NCBI GenBank assembly: GCA_934646115.1
Contig: CAKUEM010000002.1
Span: forward strand, 2,274 to 66,273
DNA: 64,000 nt
Reading direction: 5' to 3'
Source: an uncultured Oscillospiraceae bacterium
GTDB lineage: Bacteria > Bacillota > Clostridia > Oscillospirales > JAAYXM01
The translations under genes and the position numbers were made by a program. The notes under the pieces are model-generated. The model did not search any database. It saw nothing but the letters and a program-made list of their open reading frames with translations, and had not been told where the DNA came from. This document shows, one piece after another, positions 57,510 through 64,000 of the stretch (position 1 is its first letter; each line of letters starts with the position of its first letter).

Positions 57510-58289
57510 ATGGCAAAAGTGATTGCGCTTGCCAACCAAAAAGGCGGGGTGGGGAAGACCACGACCTGCGTCAATCTCGCCTGCGCGCTGCATAAAATGG
57601 GCAAGCGCGTCCTCCTGTGCGACATGGATCCGCAGGGACATGCGAGCATCGGCTTTGGCATCAACAAGCGCGACGGAAAGCCAACCATTTATGAGCTGCT
57701 GGTCGGGCAGGTTGAAACGCGCGCGGCGATCCGCAAAACGCCGTATGGCGATCTGCTCTCCTCCAACACGAACCTCGCCGGCGCAGAGGTGGAGATGATC
57801 GAGTTTGAAAATCGGCATGCGCGCCTGCGCGATGCGCTTTCCATTGTGCAGACGGAATATGACTTTATTTTGATCGATTGCCCGCCATCGCTCGGGCAGC
57901 TGACGATCAATGCGCTTTGCGCGGCGGACAGTGTGCTTGTCCCGGTCGACTGCGGTTTTTATGCGCTTGAGGGGCTGAGCGCCCTCACCGCAACGATGTC
58001 TACCATTAAAAAAAGCATGAATCCCAATTTGGACATTGAGGGCGTGCTGCTCACGATGTTTGACGGGCGGACAAATCTTTCCATTCAAATTGCGCAGGAG
58101 GTCAAGCGTTTTTTCCCGGGCAAGGTGTTTTCCGCCGCGATCCCGCGAAACGTTCGGCTTGCGGAGGCGCCAAGTCACGGAAAGCCGATCCAGGAATATG
58201 ACCGTCTTTCGCGCGGCGCGGAATGCTATGGCCTGCTCGCGCAGGAGATCGTTTTAAAGAACCAACAGGAAGCGGAGGCGAAATTATGA
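57510..58289 (+). CDS. soj: Chromosome partitioning ATPase ParA/Soj
   Basis: Deviant Walker A NQKGGVGKTT. AGGTGA lies 4 nt before the ATG at 57510. The in-frame upstream extension in the ORF track is rejected. Confidence 0.95.
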   Translation: MAKVIALANQKGGVGKTTTCVNLACALHKMGKRVLLCDMDPQGHASIGFGINKRDGKPTIYELLVGQVETRAAIRKTPYGDLLSSNTNLAGAEVEMIEFENRHARLRDALSIVQTEYDFILIDCPPSLGQLTINALCAADSVLVPVDCGFYALEGLSALTATMSTIKKSMNPNLDIEGVLLTMFDGRTNLSIQIAQEVKRFFPGKVFSAAIPRNVRLAEAPSHGKPIQEYDRLSRGAECYGLLAQEIVLKNQQEAEAKL

Positions 58290-59164
58290 ATCAAAAAGGA
58301 CTGGGCAAAGGTCTTTCCGCCCTGTTTATGGAGCAGGAGAGCGCCAGCCAGCCGGAAAACCTTCAAATGGTAAAGCTCTCGCAGGTTGAGCCGAACCCCG
58401 CGCAGCCGCGCCGGGAATTTGACCCCGAGGCGCTGTCTGAACTGGCGGAATCGATCCGCACACACGGAATTTTGCAGCCGCTTGCCGTGCGCCGCGTGGC
58501 GGGCGACCGATATCAAATCATCGCGGGGGAGCGCCGCTGGCGCGCCGCGCGCGAGGCCGGGGTTGAAAAAATCCCGGTTTATCTGGTCGATGCGGACGAC
58601 CGCGCGGTGATGGAGCTTGCGCTTGTTGAAAATTTGCAGCGGCAGGACCTAAGCCCGATCGAAGAAGCGGAGGGCTACCGCACGCTGATGGATGACTTTT
58701 CTCTCACGCAGGACAATGTGGCAAAGCGCGTGGGAAAATCGCGCCCGACCATTGCCAATGCGCTGCGCCTGCTCTCGCTTTCGCCGAACGTGCGCGATTT
58801 GGTTGCATCCGGGGCGCTTTCCGTCGGTCATGCGAAGGCGCTTCTTGCGCTGACCGATGCCGAGCAGCAGAAGCGCACCGCGGAGCTGGTGCTTGAAAAG
58901 GGCTACAGCGTGCGGCAGACCGAGCTTTTGATCAAAAAAATTCTGCAAGACTCGCTGCGTGCGCAGGAGAAAAAGCCGGAGATCACCGTAAATTATCTCG
59001 AGGAGATCGAGCGGCGGCTTGCCGCAAAGCTTGGGCGGCGCGTGAAGCTGGTCAGCGGGCGAAAAAAAGGCCGGATCGAGCTGGAATTTTATGATCCGGA
59101 GGATCTGGAAAAGCTGATCGATTTCTTAGATACCTGTCGTTTTCAAAGTCAGGAGGGAATATAG
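58286..59164 (+). CDS. spo0J: Chromosome partitioning protein ParB/Spo0J
   Basis: GLGKGLSALF, EPNPAQPRREF, GILQPLAVR and GERRWRAA motifs plus an HTH. ATGA overlap with parA. Confidence 0.95.
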   Translation: MNQKGLGKGLSALFMEQESASQPENLQMVKLSQVEPNPAQPRREFDPEALSELAESIRTHGILQPLAVRRVAGDRYQIIAGERRWRAAREAGVEKIPVYLVDADDRAVMELALVENLQRQDLSPIEEAEGYRTLMDDFSLTQDNVAKRVGKSRPTIANALRLLSLSPNVRDLVASGALSVGHAKALLALTDAEQQKRTAELVLEKGYSVRQTELLIKKILQDSLRAQEKKPEITVNYLEEIERRLAAKLGRRVKLVSGRKKGRIELEFYDPEDLEKLIDFLDTCRFQSQEGI

Positions 59165-59166
59165 CC

Positions 59167-59661
59167 TTGGAAAATCCGCAAAATAATAAGCCGAAGCGCA
59201 ATTTTTTAGTGATTTACAGCATTGCGCTGTTTCTGTTCGCCGCCGTGCTGATCGGGCTGTCCTATCTGTCGCAGGCGCGCGTTGCCAGCGAGGCGGACCG
59301 CGTAAAGCAGGAGCTTTCGGATAAAACCGAAGTCGCCGCGGGGTTTGAGTCACGCTTAGAGCAGGTCACGCGCAAAAACGCGGATCTTGAAACCGCAAAT
59401 GCGGAGCAGAAAAAGCAGCTGGAGGCGCTGCAAAAGCAGGTGGAGGAGCTGACCGCCTCCAACGCGACCGTGCAGGATCAAATCAAGCGCACGAACGCCG
59501 CAGAGTATCTTTGGAAGCTGATCAAATCGCTGGTGAGCGGCGATTATAAATCGTGCAACCGCATGATCAACGAGATCGATAAAGCCGGACTTCGCCCGTT
59601 TTTCTCTGCAGAGGGCTTAAAAGAATTAGAACGCATTGAAAAAATCACGAAAGGTGAATAA
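59167..59661 (+). CDS. Membrane-anchored coiled-coil protein, function unknown
   Basis: One N-terminal TM helix ([22 protein letters not shown]), then heptad-rich sequence ([22 protein letters not shown]). TTG start 2 nt after the parB stop. Confidence 0.6.
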   Translation: MENPQNNKPKRNFLVIYSIALFLFAAVLIGLSYLSQARVASEADRVKQELSDKTEVAAGFESRLEQVTRKNADLETANAEQKKQLEALQKQVEELTASNATVQDQIKRTNAAEYLWKLIKSLVSGDYKSCNRMINEIDKAGLRPFFSAEGLKELERIEKITKGE

Positions 59662-59666
59662 AAATT

Positions 59667-60947
59667 ATGTTGGATATTCGAGTAATCAAAGAAAACCCGG
59701 AGCGCGTGAAAGCTGCACTTGCGCGCCGCAACAAGGATTACGGCGCGGAAATCGACCGCATTCTTGAGCTGGACACGCAGCGGCGCGATATCATCGGCAA
59801 GGTGGAGGCGCTCAAGGCAGAGCAAAACACCGTGACGAAAAAAATCCCGCAGATGAAGAAGGCGGGGGAGGACACGACCGCGCTTTTCGCCGAGATGAAG
59901 GAGCTTGCCGATACGGTCAAGCAGCTTGATCTGAAGCTTCGCGAGGTGGAAGATACGCTGAATGCGACCATCCTTCCGCTGCCAAACATCCCGAACGACA
60001 AGATCCCGGATGGCAAGGACAGTGATGAAAACCGCGAAATGCGCCGTTTTGGCACGCCGCGCTCGTTTGATTTTGAGCCGAAGGCGCATTGGGATCTGGG
60101 CGAAGCGCTCGGTATTCTTGACCCGACGACCGCCGCAAAGGTGACCGGCACGCGTTTCCATTTTTACAAAGGCGCGGCAGCGCGGCTTGAGCGCGCGATC
60201 ATCAGCTTTTATTTAGACACGCACACCGAGCGCGGTTATACCGAGGTGTTTCCGCCGTTCATGGTCAATCGCGCGTCGATGACCGGCACGGGGCAGCTTC
60301 CGAAGTTCGAAGAGGATGCCTTTAAGGTCGCCGGGACGGAATATTTCCTGATTCCGACGGCAGAAGTTCCGGTTACGAACATGCACCGCGGCGAAATTTT
60401 AGATGGGCTTGAGGATACGATCAAATACTGCGCATATTCCGCGTGCTTCCGCGCGGAGGCGGGCAGCGCCGGGCGCGACACGCGCGGTCTGATCCGCCAG
60501 CACCAGTTTAACAAGGTCGAGCTTGTGAAATTCACCACGCCGGAGCGCTCTTATGACGAGCTGGAATCGCTCACGCATGATGCGGAGTTTGTGCTGCAGC
60601 AGCTTGGCCTTCCGTATCGCGTGGTCATGCTGTGCGCAGGCGATCTTGGCGCGTCCTCCGCGATGACGTATGATATCGAGGTGTGGATGCCGTCTTACGG
60701 ACGCTATGTGGAGATCTCCTCCTGCTCGAATTTTGAAGATTATCAGGCGCGCCGCGCGGCGATTCGCTATAAAAATTCCAGCACGCCGAAGCCGCGCCTT
60801 GTGCATACGCTCAACGGGTCTGGCGTTGCCATCGGCCGCACGACTGCTGCCATTCTTGAAAATTATCAGAATGCGGACGGCTCGGTCACGATTCCGGAGG
60901 TTCTGCGCCCTTACATGAAGGGCATGGAGAAAATCGAGCGCGCATAA
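59667..60947 (+). CDS. serS: Serine--tRNA ligase
   Basis: N-terminal coiled-coil arm and class II motifs ([30 protein letters not shown]). Confidence 0.97.
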   Translation: MLDIRVIKENPERVKAALARRNKDYGAEIDRILELDTQRRDIIGKVEALKAEQNTVTKKIPQMKKAGEDTTALFAEMKELADTVKQLDLKLREVEDTLNATILPLPNIPNDKIPDGKDSDENREMRRFGTPRSFDFEPKAHWDLGEALGILDPTTAAKVTGTRFHFYKGAAARLERAIISFYLDTHTERGYTEVFPPFMVNRASMTGTGQLPKFEEDAFKVAGTEYFLIPTAEVPVTNMHRGEILDGLEDTIKYCAYSACFRAEAGSAGRDTRGLIRQHQFNKVELVKFTTPERSYDELESLTHDAEFVLQQLGLPYRVVMLCAGDLGASSAMTYDIEVWMPSYGRYVEISSCSNFEDYQARRAAIRYKNSSTPKPRLVHTLNGSGVAIGRTTAAILENYQNADGSVTIPEVLRPYMKGMEKIERA

Positions 60948-60989
60948 GTTTTCCACAGGCTGTGGGATTCTCTTTGATCTATATAAAAA

Positions 60990-61018
60990 AGCGGCAGCAA
61001 GTATGCTGTCGCTTTTTG
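60990..61018 (+). terminator. Intrinsic terminator after serS
   Basis: AGCGGCAGCA-AGTA-TGCTGTCGCT (10 bp including one G-U pair) followed by TTTTT. Confidence 0.8.
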
Positions 61019-61320
61019 ATTCGGTCTGCAAAGGGAATCCTGGTTCCGCCGGCGCAAAGGGGCTATAGCAATTTTTGGATAAAAATTAGCCATTTTTGAT
61101 TGAAACCCGCAAAACGCTCTGTTTTAAGCTGCAAAAGTGTTGAAAAGCGACAAGCTGATCAGAGCATATCATGCGGAATGTCAGCGAGATAGCATGCTGC
61201 GCGCGGGCAACAGACCTTTATCGCAAGAAATTACTTCTCCAAATCGTCCTGAAGAGGCGAGCAGCTAAAGCAAATGCGTTTATTTCTCCCTTCGCGTTAT
61301 CGGAGCAAACCATGTGTTAA

Positions 61321-61585
61321 TACCCCCACCGGTTTGGTCGGAGGGGGTATTTTTCTGCTCAAAGCCCTATGCGTTCATTTTTCTAGGCGTCAACCCGCTT
61401 GTTCACGCACTCTGCACGGATTGATCCGTTTCCCCGCGCGGCAATCAGTTTGTCAAAACAACAAATCGCGCGTTATTCCCCCTCCGGTCAAGCCGGGGGG
61501 TGTTTTTTCTACTCAAAGCCTAACGCGCTTATCTTCTTCTCCGTGCTAACCCGCTTGTTAAAACGACAAATCACGCACGCTCTAT
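61321..61585 (+). repeat. Two diverged direct copies (about 165-bp period) of a module that begins with a terminator-like hairpin
   Basis: Copy A starts at 61322 (ACCCCCACCG...CGGAGGGGGT then TTTTT). Copy B starts at 61479 (CCCCTCCGG...CCGGGGGG then TTTTTT). Both continue CTnCTCAAAGCC...GCG...TAACCCGCTTGTT. Confidence 0.6.
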
Positions 61586-62089
61586 CTCAATTTGACATTG
61601 CTTCATCGCGCCCAAAGCCTGTTCATGGCTTTCCGGCGTAACGCCCGCGCAGCACGCCGCGTCAACCGCAATGCGTGTTTCCGGCAAAAACGCCTTGAGA
61701 AGCATTGCATTCGCAATCACGCAGATATCTGTGCACAGTCCGATCAGTGTGATGCGCTCGATCGGCGTTTTTTGATTTTCTTTTTGCAGCATCTCCGCCA
61801 GCGCCACGCTGCCAAACGTCGGTTTATCCACAACTTCCGCGCAATATGGTTTGAGCGGCGCGCAGATCTGCCACCCGTCCGTGCCGCGGATGCAGTGCGC
61901 GACAGGCAGATTTCGCCCCTCCTGCGTATTCAGATAATCCTCCTCATGCGTGTCGCGCGTGAACACAACACGCCCGGAAAAGCGGGACACCTTTTCCACA
62001 ACCCGCGGAACGATCGCCTGCGCCTCCTGCGTGCCCAGGCTTCCGTCAATAAAATCATTTTGCATATCGACAACGACAAGAACATTCAT
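61571..62089 (-). CDS. Isochorismatase-family cysteine hydrolase (nicotinamidase PncA-like)
   Basis: VVVDMQNDF, catalytic Cys context LIGLCTDICV, and a conserved Lys region. Confidence 0.85.
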   Translation of the reverse strand: MNVLVVVDMQNDFIDGSLGTQEAQAIVPRVVEKVSRFSGRVVFTRDTHEEDYLNTQEGRNLPVAHCIRGTDGWQICAPLKPYCAEVVDKPTFGSVALAEMLQKENQKTPIERITLIGLCTDICVIANAMLLKAFLPETRIAVDAACCAGVTPESHEQALGAMKQCQIEIERA

Positions 62090-62312
62090 AGCATAGCACT
62101 TCCATTTTTTGTTATTTTGTCAATAAAATATTCTTCTTTGCCGGGCACGAACGGCGCGGTAATTCATTCCGCCGCAATAGCTTGCGCCAAAGCGCCGCGC
62201 AGTCTGCCGCCAAATCGCGTGAGCGCTTGCTTTTACAAAGCATGCCCGCGCATGGGGTCACGATTTTTCATGCGCCGTCCCTGATTTTGCGCACAGGCAG
62301 GGGGCTTTTCTT

Positions 62313-62348
62313 AAAAAAGCCCCGAAGCAGCGCTCCGGGGCTTTTTTT
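62313..62348. terminator. Terminator after jag (bidirectional shape)
   Basis: GCCCCG-N11-CGGGGC flanked by A6 and T7. On the minus strand the hairpin follows the jag stop directly and is followed by U6. Confidence 0.75.
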
Positions 62349-63027
62349 ATCGGTTGTTGTAAGAACGGTAGGGGCGGCGGTTATAATTTCCCGCGTCCGC
62401 CCCGGTATATGAAATAATGACGCGGCGGTTCGGCTCTGCCCCGGTCGAGGAGGTGGACACATCCTCCACATCCTGCAATGCTGCATGGATAATATGCCGC
62501 TCATACGCATTCATCGGCTCAAGCGCTTTGTTTCTCTTATATTTTTTTACCTGCCCTGCGACTTTACGCGCAAGATTTTCCAGCGTTTCCGCGCGCTTTG
62601 CGCGATAATTTTCCGTATCCACAGTCACGCGGATATGCTCCTCACGGTCACGGTTTGCAACCAGATTCGCGATATGCTGGATCGCATCCAGCGTTTCGCC
62701 GCGGCGCCCGATTAAAATGCCCATATTCTCGCCCGAAAACTTAACGGCAAGGTTGCCCTCCTCGGTCGTATTCGCGGCAACTTCTGCATTTGCGCCCATT
62801 TTTTCAAGCAGCGCCTTTAAAAAAGCAACAACATCGCCGCGCTCTTCCTCTTCTTCCATAGAGACCGCGACCTTCGCCGGCGTTCCGCCGATGCCTAAAA
62901 ACCCGCTTTTCGGGTTTTCCAGCACCTCGACCGAGACCATATCCCGATCCACCCCGCCGAGCTGCTCTAATGCGGCGGCAATTGCATCGTCAATCGTTTT
63001 GCCCGTAGCTTCAATTCTCTTCGTCAT
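62347..63027 (-). CDS. jag: Jag/KhpB RNA-binding protein (Jag_N, KH, R3H)
   Basis: N-terminal GKTIDDAIAAALEQLG and an R3H region (ERHIIHAAL). Overlaps the yidC stop. Confidence 0.9.
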   Translation of the reverse strand: MTKRIEATGKTIDDAIAAALEQLGGVDRDMVSVEVLENPKSGFLGIGGTPAKVAVSMEEEEERGDVVAFLKALLEKMGANAEVAANTTEEGNLAVKFSGENMGILIGRRGETLDAIQHIANLVANRDREEHIRVTVDTENYRAKRAETLENLARKVAGQVKKYKRNKALEPMNAYERHIIHAALQDVEDVSTSSTGAEPNRRVIISYTGADAGNYNRRPYRSYNNR

Positions 63028-63890
63028 TTGACAACCCCTCCTGCCTTTTTTGCATCATGCTTCGGCTTGAACTTCGTATAATACCACTGCAGCGCAGGCT
63101 CCTGTATGATCATAAGCAGGTTATTGATGATCCAGTAAAAGCCCAATCCGGTCGGGACGATAAACGCGATCCAGACCGACATGAGCGGCATCATGATCAT
63201 CGTAACCCTATTCATTGCCCCTGCCTGCTCGTTCTGCGCCGGCTGATAGCGGCGCGCGATCCAGGAATATACATACGAGGTCACGCCGGATAAAATCGGG
63301 ATGATCCACAGCACATTAAACGTTTGGAAGCTTGGGATCTCCGCCATGTTGATCCCGAGGAAATTAAAATCAATGATTTGCAGATTCGGCACGATCTGAT
63401 GGATCTGCGAGACATATTTGCCCATTTCCGCCGCAATTTGGATCTCCACGGCGCTGCTCGTTACATTTCCGCCGAGCGTAATGCCGACCGTTTCCGCAAT
63501 GCGGGCGATCACGTCCTCCGACAGACCGAACATGAACGTCAGCGGCTGCCGCAGAACGGCATACAGCCCGAACATGATCGGGATCGTGATCAGCATGGGC
63601 AGACAGCCGCCCATCATGCTGACATTTTCGTCTTTATACAGCTTTTGAACCTCAAGCGCATAGCGCTCTTTATCGTTTTTATACTTTTTTTCAAGCTCCT
63701 TGAGCTTCGGCTGGATGCGCTGCATGCCCATCATGCTTTTCTTGCTCTTCATCTGGAAGGGGAGCATGATCAGGCGCGCGATCAGCGTGAAGATGATCAA
63801 CGAGACGCCATAGGAGCCGGTCAGATTATAAATCTGAAGCAGCACCCACGCGAACGGGCGCGTGAACACTGTGTTAAACAATTCTATCAT
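63024..63890 (-). CDS. yidC: Membrane protein insertase YidC (SpoIIIJ/OxaA family)
   Basis: GVSLIIFTLIARLIMLPF, GGCLPMLITIPI and LGFYWIINNLL. Confidence 0.93.
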   Translation of the reverse strand: MIELFNTVFTRPFAWVLLQIYNLTGSYGVSLIIFTLIARLIMLPFQMKSKKSMMGMQRIQPKLKELEKKYKNDKERYALEVQKLYKDENVSMMGGCLPMLITIPIMFGLYAVLRQPLTFMFGLSEDVIARIAETVGITLGGNVTSSAVEIQIAAEMGKYVSQIHQIVPNLQIIDFNFLGINMAEIPSFQTFNVLWIIPILSGVTSYVYSWIARRYQPAQNEQAGAMNRVTMIMMPLMSVWIAFIVPTGLGFYWIINNLLMIIQEPALQWYYTKFKPKHDAKKAGGVVK

Positions 63891-63928
63891 AGTAAAAACC
63901 TTTCCGCACAGTCTATTCCGTGCTCAAT

Positions 63929-64000
63929 TCACCTTACCGGGTCATAGCCGGATCTTCCGCTGAACGGATGGCAGCGGAGCAGGCGGCGCAGCGCAAGATA
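63929..64000 (-). CDS. yidD: Membrane protein insertion efficiency factor YidD, C-terminal fragment; gene continues beyond the right edge
   Basis: My own reverse-strand translation is ...LALRRLLRCHPFSGRSGYDPVR-stop, the characteristic YidD C-terminus, directly upstream of yidC. Confidence 0.75.
   Translation of the reverse strand, partial: YLALRRLLRCHPFSGRSGYDPVR

Noticed and set aside
61020-61110. GCAAAG/CGCAAAG strings (61029-61062) reminiscent of a c-di-GMP-I (GEMM-I) riboswitch.
   Set aside because: Only the short GCAAA-type strings match. I could not build the two-hairpin GEMM architecture, and no downstream gene follows on that strand.
1-64000. Search for tRNA, rRNA, tmRNA, RNase P RNA, transposases, integrases, toxin-antitoxin pairs, restriction-modification genes or other defence genes.
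   Set aside because: None was recognised on either strand. Every sizeable ORF with coding character is assigned to a housekeeping function or to one of the small unknowns listed. By-eye scanning can miss short RNAs, so tRNAscan-SE or Infernal should confirm this.

Overview
Gene-dense, visibly GC-rich core chromosome segment. It looks like a spore-forming Clostridia-type Firmicute; this taxonomy is inferred only from gene content: SpoVB-like flippase, SleB-like cortex hydrolase, SLH-anchored wall protein, RNase Y/YmdB, a T-box leader, and Noc-Soj-Spo0J with B. subtilis-type parS. I support about 51 intact or partial CDS plus one frameshifted gene. Left to right they are: pyrK-pyrD plus a phosphatase-GNAT fusion; a lipoprotein plus OmpR/HK two-component pair; DUF1385-prmC-recA-recX-rimO-pgsA-cysS; polA-rimI-tsaD; ahcY; secA; an SLH-anchored phosphodiester glycosidase; pepP-mnmA-cysE; recG; yloU-yloV; yhaN-yhaO-ymdB-rny; a split methionine synthase cluster (metF, activation domain, metH); sleB-like; thrS behind a T-box; two small paralogous membrane proteins behind an attenuator-like leader; a GGDEF protein; a P-type ATPase coupled to a CYTH protein; and the origin-proximal block mnmG-rsmG-noc-soj-spo0J-serS facing pncA-jag-yidC-yidD. 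I found no rRNA, tRNA, CRISPR array, transposase, integrase or recognisable defence system, so this is mostly ordinary housekeeping DNA. The parts that the genes do not explain are non-coding. First, a riboswitch-like terminator/antiterminator leader precedes a translationally coupled pair of uncharacterised 3-TM mini-proteins. Second, three unusually large repeat-rich or hairpin-rich spacers interrupt the mnmG-rsmG-noc-parAB block: a 148-bp tandem repeat, roughly 110-bp degenerate periodic repeats, and a 0.7-kb ORF-free island bracketed by parS sites, one end being a 33-bp double-parS palindrome abutting the parAB promoter. Third, rny has a long leader containing an anti-SD hairpin. Fourth, a CDP-alcohol phosphatidyltransferase gene is broken twice at T-runs. 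All calls come from reading the sequence and the ORF translations; no database search was run.
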